Positions 39,194 to 48,247 of a stretch of DNA of 64,000 nt are shown one piece after another (position 1 is the first letter of the stretch; the number at the start of each line of letters is the position of its first letter). The stretch is from a virus, in IMG/VR virus record IMGVR_UViG_3300037876_000116, positions 28,520 through 92,519 of that record. One strand, written 5' to 3'. Below the pieces are notes generated by a model. It had not been told where the DNA came from. It ran no database searches and saw only the letters and a list, made by a program, of their open reading frames with translations. The position numbers and the translations under genes were made by a program.

Positions 39194-40405
39194 ATGGCTT
39201 TTTACAGATTTGGACCGAACGATGTTTTTGTTAGCAGTGTAAAAACTTATCCAAGCACAAATTTTTTAATTTATTCTGGCTCTTATTATTACAATAACAA
39301 AACCACGAATTCTGGTTCTTTTTCTAATCCTATTCGATGTGTCCCGCAAGGATACATTAGTCTATACGAATTAAATGTAGATAGGAATGCAGCAGAAACA
39401 GGATTTATCTATCCTTTTATTATTAAAGAAAGTTCTTTGGATAACCTAGTTTCAGTGGCTACAGGTTCATTTGATGAAACTGAATACGGCGGGCTAATCA
39501 CTGGGAGTTATCCTATGTCTGCTTCTATAACAAGAACTTTTTACCCCCCATACACCGGAGTTTCTTTACCAGTTCCTGATACCACAGCGTCATACAGACC
39601 TCATGTTATGGCTTTAAAAAATGCTACTAATAGTTATCTTAATTTAAGCCCTCAATACCAATATTCGGCATCTTCTGAAAACATACTTGGTGGATGGAAT
39701 AAAGATGTCCAAGATATTAACATGATTAACGTACCCTCTATTTTTTATGGTTCTTCTATTAAAAAAGGATCAGTAGAACTTAAGTTTTATGTTAGTGGCT
39801 CACTGATAGGTCACCTTGTAGATACTTATGAGAATGGAGAACTATTACAATACTCCTCATCTTATTCTGGTAAAGATGGACAATGTGCCGGAGTCGTTCT
39901 TTATGATGAGGGGATTATTTTGTTAACTGGTTCTTGGGATCTGTCACGCCACCCAGAAGAGTATCTTAACACTGCAACACAGTATTTCCCTCGATGGACT
40001 TATTTTGGCGCAACAGGCTCTGCTACTTATGATTTTCTTAAAGAATCAAGCTATACCTTGAATTTTAAAGGTGTTGAAAAAATTCCAAACATTACAATGC
40101 TTGCCCACGCTCCAAAAAACAAGCTCAACAACTCCACTAATCCAACTTTTGTCGACAAAAACGATTACACTGTTAGCTTTGTAACTTCTTCATTAAATTA
40201 TAAAGAATATGATCAATTAGAGATTAAAAATATTGTAAAAAGCCCTTATACTAATTACACTGCAAGTTTTCAAAGAGAAGTATACATATCAGAGATTGGT
40301 ATATATGATGAAGAAGAAAACCTTATTGCGATTGCAAAATTAGCAAATCCAATCAAGAAAACGGAAGAAAAAGATTACACGTTCAAACTAAAGGTAGACA
40401 TTTGA
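39194..40405 (+). CDS. Structural protein, paralog of 38041..39183
   Basis: Shares IKKGS, G.(I/V)(Y/L)Y..GI, N.S.NPT and VYISEIGIYDEEENLIAIAKLANPIKK..KLKVDI. Confidence 0.7.
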   Translation: MAFYRFGPNDVFVSSVKTYPSTNFLIYSGSYYYNNKTTNSGSFSNPIRCVPQGYISLYELNVDRNAAETGFIYPFIIKESSLDNLVSVATGSFDETEYGGLITGSYPMSASITRTFYPPYTGVSLPVPDTTASYRPHVMALKNATNSYLNLSPQYQYSASSENILGGWNKDVQDINMINVPSIFYGSSIKKGSVELKFYVSGSLIGHLVDTYENGELLQYSSSYSGKDGQCAGVVLYDEGIILLTGSWDLSRHPEEYLNTATQYFPRWTYFGATGSATYDFLKESSYTLNFKGVEKIPNITMLAHAPKNKLNNSTNPTFVDKNDYTVSFVTSSLNYKEYDQLEIKNIVKSPYTNYTASFQREVYISEIGIYDEEENLIAIAKLANPIKKTEEKDYTFKLKVDI

Positions 40406-40938
40406 TTTTAGGCTTAGATGTGAGCACAAGCATCACAGGAATAACAATACTTGAAAAAGACGGAACTCTTGTTTATAATGATTCTTGGGATACAAGAAAA
40501 TATAAGAGTTTCTTTGAAAAAGTAAAATATGTTGAAGAACAAGTTATACATCTTAGTAAATTTTACGGAGAGTTCGAAAGAGTATTTATCGAAGAATCTC
40601 TCCAGTCTTTCAGGTCTGGATTCTCCTCCGCAAAAACTCTGTCAACTCTCGCTCGTTTTAATGGGGTTGTTTCATGGCTTGTATATAGAATACTCAAGAC
40701 AGAGCCAGAATACCTAGCAGCCACATCAGCTAGAAAGCTATGTGGTATTAAAGTTCCAAGAGGAACTAAAGCAAAGCAAGTTGTTATTCAACATATTTTA
40801 GATAATGTCCCAGAAATTCAAATAGAGTATACAAAGCAAAACAACGTGAAGCCTCATTGTTATGATAAGGCAGACAGTTGGGTTATTGCTAAAGCAGGAC
40901 TTATTCAATGTCAGCAGGAAAGAAAACAGCAATCATAA
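40402..40938 (+). CDS. RuvC-like Holliday junction resolvase
   Basis: ILGLDVSTSITG, VFIEE and DKADSWVIA provide the RNase H-fold acidic residues. TTG start overlaps the upstream stop. Confidence 0.8.
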   Translation: MILGLDVSTSITGITILEKDGTLVYNDSWDTRKYKSFFEKVKYVEEQVIHLSKFYGEFERVFIEESLQSFRSGFSSAKTLSTLARFNGVVSWLVYRILKTEPEYLAATSARKLCGIKVPRGTKAKQVVIQHILDNVPEIQIEYTKQNNVKPHCYDKADSWVIAKAGLIQCQQERKQQS

Positions 40939-41849
40939 GGGAAGTCTTTGGAGACTGTTATGGCTCCGGCTCCGAAATGCTGTTTCACTGTCCTAAATGC
41001 GAACACCACAAACGCAAGCTCTCTATCAATATAGAGAAGGATGCTTGGAAATGTTGGGTTTGTGATTGGTCAGGACGAAACTTAACCAAGATTGTGCGCC
41101 GCTATGGCGACCTCTATAATAAGAAGAAGTGGTCCGAACTTGTAAACAAAGTCGATCTTGCTTCTTTTGAAGAAAAGATGTTTGCTGTCGAAGAAGAGGA
41201 ACCAGAACAAAGGGTCGAACTTCCAAAAGAGTTTAAGTCACTCGCCAATAAAATCGTCCCCCGTTCATCCGGTACAGCCCTTCGCTATCTCCGCGATAGA
41301 GGAATAAAAAAAGACGATATTATAAGATGGAAGATTGGCTACTGCGAAGACGGAGAATTTGCCAAGAGAATCATCATCCCATCCTTTTCCTTAAATGGTC
41401 ATAGCAACTACTTTATTGCCCGCTCCTACGATGGGCATTGGAAGAGATACCTAAACCCCAAGGCATCCCGTAACATCGTTTTTAACCACCTTTTCTTGGA
41501 CTTTGAGGACGATCTAACCATTGTTGAAGGAGCATTCGACGCAATCGTAGCAGGACCTAACGCAGTTCCTCTACTAGGTTCAACTCTCCGTGAATCATCC
41601 AAGCTATTCCACGAGATTGTAAGAAACGATACAACAGTTTACATGGCGCTCGATCCCGACGCAAGATCCAAAGAACACAAGATAATGGAACTTTTGTTAA
41701 AGTATGGCGTTCAAGTATACAAAGTAAACTTAAATGATTACAACGATGTAGGAGAAATATCTCCCGAGGACTTTAAAAAAAGAAAGGAAAATGCTTCTTT
41801 TGTAGAGGACAAATTCTATTTATTAATGGAAAAGACGCTTAGTCTTTAA
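40908..41849 (+). CDS. DNA primase (zinc finger + TOPRIM)
   Basis: HCPKC..WKCWVC zinc finger, YLRDRGI, IVEGAFDAI, ALDPDA (DxD), NDVGE. Confidence 0.9.
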   Translation: MSAGKKTAIIREVFGDCYGSGSEMLFHCPKCEHHKRKLSINIEKDAWKCWVCDWSGRNLTKIVRRYGDLYNKKKWSELVNKVDLASFEEKMFAVEEEEPEQRVELPKEFKSLANKIVPRSSGTALRYLRDRGIKKDDIIRWKIGYCEDGEFAKRIIIPSFSLNGHSNYFIARSYDGHWKRYLNPKASRNIVFNHLFLDFEDDLTIVEGAFDAIVAGPNAVPLLGSTLRESSKLFHEIVRNDTTVYMALDPDARSKEHKIMELLLKYGVQVYKVNLNDYNDVGEISPEDFKKRKENASFVEDKFYLLMEKTLSL

Positions 41850-41866
41850 CAAGGGAGACAATTAAA

Positions 41867-42649
41867 ATGACGCAAGTAGATGGAAACGCCACTATTCAAG
41901 GCGATGTAAAACTTCAGTATAAAAGTGATGTTTATTCACCACCACCAGTAGTTTATTTGAGGATGAATGAAGGCACCGGCACAACAGTCGGAGACTCTTC
42001 AAAAGCAGGCAATGATCTTGACGGAGAACTAGGAGGCTCTGCCTCTTGGTCCACGGTTTTCAAGAACGGACCTTACGCTGTTGAGTTCGATGGTGATTCT
42101 GATTACATTGATATGGACAACGATACAGCCTTAGCTCCATCTACTGCTTTTAGCATTTCTTACTGGGTAAGAGCAAATTCTTTTACCGGATACACCAGAA
42201 TGGTTTCTAAATACCCAACCGGAGCAGGTTCACCCTCTTATTCTTATACCATTCTTACAGGCAACGGCACAGGACAAGTTAGATTCTTTGTTATGCAGGC
42301 GTCTAACACTGGTTCTGGAACTGTTGTTATGACCGACAGCGCCGAGTTGACGGTTGACACTTGGCACCATGTTGTGTGTACTTATTCCGGTGCAAATACA
42401 AGAATGCGTGTTTATGTTGATGGAGCATTAAAAGATGTTACCCGCACAGGAACAGTGCCCTCTTCTATAAATCAAGGTACAGCAAAGTTGTCTTTAGGAG
42501 CCAATTTGGCAGGTTCTATCGCAAGTCGTCAATATTGGGATGGCTACATGGACGAATTCTCTCTTTGGAATGTAGAGCTAACAGCAGATCAGATTTCTTA
42601 TGTTTACGGCAACGGCGTCCCGCCAGATCTTTCTGTTGGAATTCCATAG
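41867..42649 (+). CDS. LamG/concanavalin-A-like domain protein, likely a virion accessory
   Basis: MNEGTGTTVGDSS, FDGDSDYI, FSISYWV, WHHVVCTY, RVYVDG, GYMDEFSLWN; GGGAG RBS. Confidence 0.88.
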   Translation: MTQVDGNATIQGDVKLQYKSDVYSPPPVVYLRMNEGTGTTVGDSSKAGNDLDGELGGSASWSTVFKNGPYAVEFDGDSDYIDMDNDTALAPSTAFSISYWVRANSFTGYTRMVSKYPTGAGSPSYSYTILTGNGTGQVRFFVMQASNTGSGTVVMTDSAELTVDTWHHVVCTYSGANTRMRVYVDGALKDVTRTGTVPSSINQGTAKLSLGANLAGSIASRQYWDGYMDEFSLWNVELTADQISYVYGNGVPPDLSVGIP

Positions 42650-42667
42650 GCTTTAAGAAATAAACTA

Positions 42668-42677
42668 ACTATTTATA
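42668..42677 (+). promoter_or_regulatory. Putative late promoter motif ACTATTTATA
   Basis: Intergenic, upstream of the GGAG RBS and ATG 42695. Confidence 0.6.
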
Positions 42678-42694
42678 GAATACGGAGAGTTTCT

Positions 42695-42970
42695 ATGAAA
42701 ATCACAAAAACCAGACTAAAAGAAATCATCAAAGAAGAAGTTCAGAAAATCATTGAAGGCAAAAGACCGCCTGGAATGAGAAAAAGAACCATGAAAGATC
42801 TAGACGATGAAGCAAAAACTAGAGAAACCGATTTCTTAAAAAAGAAAAAGGATGAAAAGGAAGAAGAAGAGCTTGACGAAATGTCTGCGATGTCAACTGG
42901 AGCAGTTGTAACCTCGCCTAAAAAAGAACCTCTCGAAGAAGAAGATGGCTGGGACGAGCCTCACGTTTGA
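42695..42970 (+). CDS. Small charged protein with an MKITKTRLKEIIKEE leader (putative internal head protein)
   Basis: Late motif and RBS upstream; amphipathic basic/acidic leader; the frame stays open for 28 codons after the TGA. Confidence 0.65.
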   Translation: MKITKTRLKEIIKEEVQKIIEGKRPPGMRKRTMKDLDDEAKTRETDFLKKKKDEKEEEELDEMSAMSTGAVVTSPKKEPLEEEDGWDEPHV

Positions 42971-43065
42971 CCCGACGAACTTAAATGGCCAGGTGGGTCA
43001 GAAGTCGTAAAAAAACAAAAAGCTCGCAAAAAAGCCAATCAGAAAAAACCTGAATAACTCAGCCC

Positions 43066-43093
43066 TTGAATAACTGCAAATAGTGTTTATAAT
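43066..43093 (+). promoter_or_regulatory. Sigma70-type promoter TTGAAT-N16-TATAAT, probably producing a leaderless mRNA
   Basis: -35 at 43066-43071 and a perfect -10 at 43088-43093. The ATG at 43100 is 6 nt downstream and has no SD. Confidence 0.65.
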
Positions 43094-43099
43094 ATACGC

Positions 43100-46000
43100 A
43101 TGAAGATTGCACACATTTCTGACATTCACATTCGCAACTATCGCTATCACTACGAATACGAGCAGGTGTTTGAACAACTCTATGCAAAACTAGAGGAACT
43201 AAAACCTGACCTTATCGTAAACACAGGCGACACTGCACACACTAAACTTAACCTTAGCCCGTCTTATTTTGATATGGCGGTTAGAATGTTTGAGAGGCTG
43301 GCTGATATTGCCCCCTATCACATTATCTTGGGGAACCACGATCTAAACCTTCGTAATCTTTCCAAGATTGATGCCGTTTCCCCCCTTGTTGCGGCATTAA
43401 GCCATCCCGATATTCACTTCCACAAGTATTCTGCGGAAGTGGATATCGGAAATGGTTTCTGTTTTCATGTGCTATCTATTGTGGACGAGGAAAACTGGAC
43501 TCTTCCCACATCCATGGATAAAGTCAATATCGCTCTTTTCCACGGCTCAGTAGCAGGCGTTAAAACGTCCACCGGGTGGACGATGACGCATGGGGATATT
43601 AGCTTAGATCGTCTCACAGAGTACGATTATGTCCTTCTTGGTGACATTCACAAGCCTAATCAAGAGTTGGATAAAGAAGGGCGCATACGTTATGCAGGTT
43701 CTCTTGTGCAGCAGAACTTTGGAGAGTCAGAAGAAAAAGGATTTCTTCTATGGGACATCGAAGATGTTGATAACTTTAAAGTAAAACATTACGCGCTTGA
43801 GAACCCTAAGCCTTTCGTGACTATCAATCTTACCAAGAAAGGCAAGATTCCAAGCAAAGCCAAAATTCCCGAAGGATGTCGCCTGCGCCTGGTTTCAGAA
43901 GCCAACCTTCCTATGGATGTAATCAAGCGCACCATTGAGCTTGCTAAAACAAAATACAACCCAGAAACAACCAACTTCTACTCAAAGGTTGTAGGGAAGA
44001 GAAACAGCGAAGATGCGATAAACACTGTGTTTAAAGATGATTTGCGAAGCGTAGAAGTTCAAGAAGGTCTTATACAAGATTATTTAAAAGACTATGAACT
44101 TGAAGAAGAGACGCTACAACAAATCTTTGCCTTAAATCAGAAGTATAACAAACTTGTCACAGAGGAAGAAGAAATAAGTCGCAATGTCCATTGGTCTGTA
44201 AAGAACTTGGAGTGGGACAATCTTTTCAACTATGGCGAAGGAAACTCTATTGATTTTAACAACTTAGAAGGAATAGTTGGTATTTTTGGAAAGAACTTTT
44301 CAGGAAAATCTTCTATTGTTGATTCATTCCTTTATACGCTTTTCAATACAACTTCCAAAAACGAAAGAAAAAATCTCAATGTTATTAATCAAAACAAAGA
44401 AAACGGTAAAGGTTCTGTTGCAATTGATATTGGAACAGACACTTATCACATTGAGAGAACAAGCGATAAATACGAAAAGAAGCTTAAAGGCAGTATTACG
44501 ACCGAAGCCAAGACAAACATTGAGTTCTACAAGGTAGATAACCTTACAGGTGAAGAAACGCCGCTCAATGGAGATACAAGAGCACAAACAGACAAAAACA
44601 TTCGTTCTGTCTTTGGCTCTATTGATGATTTTCTTTTAACTTCTATGGGCTCACAGATTGATTCTCTTGCTTACATTAACGAAGGCTCCACAAAGCGTAA
44701 AGAAATCCTTGCGAAGTTTCTTGACTTGGAAGTCTTTGAGAAGAAGTTTAAGAAAGCAAAAGACGATGCTGCTGATTTAAGAGTAGCTATCAAGAAAATG
44801 AAGGACAGAGAGTTTGGAACAGAACTTAAAGACAAAAGAAAAGAGCTTGCTATAAACGAAGCAAAGATTGACATCCAGAAAAGAGAAGCAGGACAAATCA
44901 AAGAACAAACACAAGAGTTTCAAGAAAGCGTATCCACTTTGAAGACAAAGATAGGCTCCATTCCAGATGAAATAATCGAAATCCAAGAAGTCTTGGAAGA
45001 GATAAAAGAAAACAAGCAACAACTTCAAGGTATTTCTAGTAAAGAAAAAGAATACATGGATGAAATTGCTGAAAAGCTTGAGTTTATCAAGAAGTTTGAG
45101 GCTTTCCAAGATGTATTTAACATTGATGAGGCTCTAAAAAATAAACAACTTGGCGAGGACCTTGGCTCAGAGATTGATAGTTTAATGCGAGATGTAGAAG
45201 TTTTGGAGCTTAAGTTCAATAATCAGTCTAAAAAAGCATCTCTTTTAAATGAAGTTCCTTGTGGTCCGAAATTTTCCTCGTGCAAGTTCATTAAAGACGC
45301 CTATGACGCATCTTCGAAGGTAGAGAATACCAAGGTGGCTTTAAAAGAGCTAAGGATGTCTAAGGGGCGAAAACAAGCCGATTTGATTGAGCTAGATCAT
45401 GAGAAGAATAATGAAAGAATTGAAAAGTTCACAAGAGCAAAAGAAAGAAAGAATAAATACGAAAAACAAGTCAAAGATATTAAACTAGACATTGAGAGAA
45501 ATAAGATAAAATCTCTTCAAATTAACAACAATCTCAATGACTTAATAGAGAAAAGAGAAAAATACGAAGACAACAAAGAAGCTATTGAGAACCTTCAGCT
45601 TTTAATCAAAGAAAAGAAAAAACTAGAAAAGATTATCGATACAAACAACAAGGCAGTAGAGAAATCAGCCGAAGGTTTATTAGAGCTTTACAAAAGAAAT
45701 GGCTCGTTAGAGCAACAATACAAACAAATCGAGTTCGAGCAAAAAGAATACGAGACTTTGAATACAAGTTTCTCCACTTATGATTTATACATGAAGTGTA
45801 TGCATTCTAACGGCATTGCTTATGCCCTAATCAAGCAAAGCCTTCCAATCTTAAACCAAGAAATACAAAAAATCTTGTCTAATGTGGTTGACTTTGAGGT
45901 TATGTTTGACAATGAGGACAACAAGCTCGACATTCTAATCAAACATCCAAAGTATGATTCTCGCCCTATTGAGATGGGTTCTGGGGCTGAAAAGACAATA

Positions 46001-46249
46001 ACGGCTATGGCTATACGCTTGGCGCTCTTAAATGTTTCCACACTTCCTGTGGGCGACATTATGATTCTTGATGAACCAGGAACAGCCCTTGATGAAGAAA
46101 ATATGGAAGGGTTTATTCGTATCTTGGACATAATTAAGAATGAGTTTAAAACAATTTTTCTCATTTCACACCTAGAAGTCTTAAAGGACGTTGTAGATAA
46201 GCAAATAATCATTAACAAAGAAGATGGTTATGCTAAAGTGAACGAATAA
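43100..46249 (+). CDS. Fused Mre11/SbcD nuclease - Rad50/SbcC ATPase (T4 gp47-gp46-like recombination nuclease)
   Basis: SDIH, TGD, GNHD, FHG and GDIH phosphoesterase motifs; Walker A GKNFSGKS, coiled coil, SGAEK signature, Walker B ILDEP, H-loop ISH. Confidence 0.92.
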   Translation: MKIAHISDIHIRNYRYHYEYEQVFEQLYAKLEELKPDLIVNTGDTAHTKLNLSPSYFDMAVRMFERLADIAPYHIILGNHDLNLRNLSKIDAVSPLVAALSHPDIHFHKYSAEVDIGNGFCFHVLSIVDEENWTLPTSMDKVNIALFHGSVAGVKTSTGWTMTHGDISLDRLTEYDYVLLGDIHKPNQELDKEGRIRYAGSLVQQNFGESEEKGFLLWDIEDVDNFKVKHYALENPKPFVTINLTKKGKIPSKAKIPEGCRLRLVSEANLPMDVIKRTIELAKTKYNPETTNFYSKVVGKRNSEDAINTVFKDDLRSVEVQEGLIQDYLKDYELEEETLQQIFALNQKYNKLVTEEEEISRNVHWSVKNLEWDNLFNYGEGNSIDFNNLEGIVGIFGKNFSGKSSIVDSFLYTLFNTTSKNERKNLNVINQNKENGKGSVAIDIGTDTYHIERTSDKYEKKLKGSITTEAKTNIEFYKVDNLTGEETPLNGDTRAQTDKNIRSVFGSIDDFLLTSMGSQIDSLAYINEGSTKRKEILAKFLDLEVFEKKFKKAKDDAADLRVAIKKMKDREFGTELKDKRKELAINEAKIDIQKREAGQIKEQTQEFQESVSTLKTKIGSIPDEIIEIQEVLEEIKENKQQLQGISSKEKEYMDEIAEKLEFIKKFEAFQDVFNIDEALKNKQLGEDLGSEIDSLMRDVEVLELKFNNQSKKASLLNEVPCGPKFSSCKFIKDAYDASSKVENTKVALKELRMSKGRKQADLIELDHEKNNERIEKFTRAKERKNKYEKQVKDIKLDIERNKIKSLQINNNLNDLIEKREKYEDNKEAIENLQLLIKEKKKLEKIIDTNNKAVEKSAEGLLELYKRNGSLEQQYKQIEFEQKEYETLNTSFSTYDLYMKCMHSNGIAYALIKQSLPILNQEIQKILSNVVDFEVMFDNEDNKLDILIKHPKYDSRPIEMGSGAEKTITAMAIRLALLNVSTLPVGDIMILDEPGTALDEENMEGFIRILDIIKNEFKTIFLISHLEVLKDVVDKQIIINKEDGYAKVNE

Positions 46250-46262
46250 AGGAGATAAAAAA

Positions 46263-46457
46263 ATGGAAAAAGTTAAAGCATTTTTAGATACAATGATAGA
46301 GAAAGCAATTAGCCGCAAGTTCCTTGCTTGGGTTACAGCAACAGTCTTGGCTGCTTATAGCCACATTGATTCTGGCGATTGGGTCGCGGTGACAACAATG
46401 TACATCGGCTCAGAAGCTCTTGTAGACCTAGCAACACGCTGGAAACACGGAGCATGA
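46263..46457 (+). CDS. Putative holin
   Basis: 64 aa with SRKFL preceding two short hydrophobic helices and a basic C-terminus; AAGGAG RBS. Confidence 0.5.
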   Translation: MEKVKAFLDTMIEKAISRKFLAWVTATVLAAYSHIDSGDWVAVTTMYIGSEALVDLATRWKHGA

Positions 46458-46458
46458 A

Positions 46459-46857
46459 ATGAAACTCTTTTTTAAAAAAGTGTGGACTTGGACCAAGAAA
46501 CACTGGTATTATCCAGTTCTTGGTCTTCTTTTTATCATCTTACTTATTATTTGTCCATTCTGTGGAGGAAAAGATAATAAGATTTTACAGATGTTCCGCG
46601 CTAGCAAAGAAAGCTATAAAAAAGAAGTAGACGTTATCAACAAGGCGGAAGAAGATAAAAACAAAAAGAAAGACGAACTTTACCAAAAGTATCTTGATAC
46701 AATGAAGAAACTTACCGAAGAAAGTAAAGTGGACATGGATCAGCTTTCTAAGGAAAAGAAAAAGAAAATGGACAACATGGTAAAGAAGTATAAAGGTTCG
46801 CCAGATGACTTAGCTAAGGATTTAAGCGAAATGCTTGGAGTGGATTATGTGGAGTAA
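46459..46857 (+). CDS. Membrane-anchored coiled-coil protein (i-spanin-like)
   Basis: Basic N-terminus, one TM helix (VLGLLFIILLII), then a Lys/Glu coiled coil; adjacent to the holin-like gene. Confidence 0.45.
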   Translation: MKLFFKKVWTWTKKHWYYPVLGLLFIILLIICPFCGGKDNKILQMFRASKESYKKEVDVINKAEEDKNKKKDELYQKYLDTMKKLTEESKVDMDQLSKEKKKKMDNMVKKYKGSPDDLAKDLSEMLGVDYVE

Positions 46858-47326
46858 GGTCTTATCTATCTTATTGAGTGTTGTTTTAGTTTGTCTTTCC
46901 TTTGCTGCTTATGCAGGCGAAGCAGACCCAGATGATAGCCTCATAAACGATGGGAAGGTCACAGTGCTTTCACAGGGCGCAAAAGCCCCCTTTACAGGTA
47001 TTCTATTCGACATTCCAGCCGCTACAAAGCTAAAACTTGATAAAGAGTTTGCTCAGAAAGAGTTTGAACTAAGGCTGGATTTAGAAAAAAGACTTTTAAC
47101 CACAGAACATAGTCTAAAGCTCGGGATAGTTCAGACTAACTTGGATTCATTAAAAACTAAACACGATACTCTTATGAAGATAAAATCAGAAGAGATAGAT
47201 AGGCTACAAGAGATAATCAAAGACAATCCTAACGATTGGAACCAAATTTGGTTTATCGGAGGCATCGTCACAGGTTGTCTTCTTTCACTTGGAGTCTATT
47301 ACGCAGCAGTTGAGATTAGCAAGTGA
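46847..47326 (+). CDS. Exported coiled-coil protein with a C-terminal TM helix (spanin-like)
   Basis: ATG 46847 follows GGAG; signal peptide ending AAYA; APFTGIL; C-terminal WFIGGIVTGCLLSLGVYYA. Confidence 0.45.
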   Translation: MWSKVLSILLSVVLVCLSFAAYAGEADPDDSLINDGKVTVLSQGAKAPFTGILFDIPAATKLKLDKEFAQKEFELRLDLEKRLLTTEHSLKLGIVQTNLDSLKTKHDTLMKIKSEEIDRLQEIIKDNPNDWNQIWFIGGIVTGCLLSLGVYYAAVEISK

Positions 47327-47721
47327 AAGAAGAAGACCCCAATTATGTCGTCAAACTAGAGAAAGCTATTGCTGATAAATACGGCAAGGAAGCTATTCAA
47401 AACCCTAAGTCTGGCTGGACACCCGAGAAAGAAAAAGAATATATTGAGCAAGTAAAGAAAATCCAACAAAAGAGAAACCAAAAAGACGAAGCATCAGAAA
47501 AGGTTGAAACTAATGGGTTTTTGATCAATAAAAAACTACTTAATAGAGAACAAAAAAGAAACTGTCCTGTTTGCGAAAGTTATTCGCTAGAAATGAAAGA
47601 TGATGTCTATATGACAAAATTTGAATGTTGTTTTAAATGCTATATACAATATGTAGAAGATAGAGAAGAACGTTGGAAAACAGGATGGCGTCCAAACACA
47701 GGAGATAAAAATAATGTCTAG
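47323..47721 (+). CDS. Hypothetical zinc-binding protein
   Basis: CPVC and CCFKC pairs; GTGA overlap with the upstream gene. Confidence 0.65.
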   Translation: MKEEDPNYVVKLEKAIADKYGKEAIQNPKSGWTPEKEKEYIEQVKKIQQKRNQKDEASEKVETNGFLINKKLLNREQKRNCPVCESYSLEMKDDVYMTKFECCFKCYIQYVEDREERWKTGWRPNTGDKNNV

Positions 47722-48226
47722 CAAAGAAGATTTAGAAGTAATCAGAGCAATTGGTCAAGCAGCAGCAAATGCTTATGACGGAGCTTTAGATGATAAAGGC
47801 GAGCCCATCGTAGTAGGTCTTTCCAGAGATGTAGGAAATCCCACCCTTGACAGCCGTATCGTAGACGGATTTAAAGTTAAAATGGTAGGACAACAACTCA
47901 TGATCTCCTATCAATCCGATGTATTTTTAAAAGATGTCCATGATAAGAATTTCGAAAACGATCTTGAACGAAAAATGGGAGACATTGCTTCTTATCTCAA
48001 GAAAGAGTTTAAGAAAATCACTAAAAAGGCACTTAACTTAAAATCTCTCGGCGATGTGGACGCACTAGTCCAACAAACATCCCGCGTTCGAGTGTTTGTT
48101 GTCGCTACTAAGAGGTATGAGGTTGGTAATCTTTCCAGCGTTGACGCTGTGGAGGGAGATACGACACTGAAAAACACCACCCGCAACTTCCAAGATTTCC
48201 TCGCAGAAGGTGCATGGAAAGTTTAG
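47714..48226 (+). CDS. Hypothetical protein
   Basis: AGGAG RBS; overlaps the upstream stop; lies immediately before TerL. Confidence 0.65.
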   Translation: MSSKEDLEVIRAIGQAAANAYDGALDDKGEPIVVGLSRDVGNPTLDSRIVDGFKVKMVGQQLMISYQSDVFLKDVHDKNFENDLERKMGDIASYLKKEFKKITKKALNLKSLGDVDALVQQTSRVRVFVVATKRYEVGNLSSVDAVEGDTTLKNTTRNFQDFLAEGAWKV

Positions 48227-48247
48227 TAGACAATATAGCCAAAAATA

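Noticed and set aside
47714-48226. Small terminase subunit call for the gene before TerL
   Set aside because: Only position supports it; I recognised no TerS motif.
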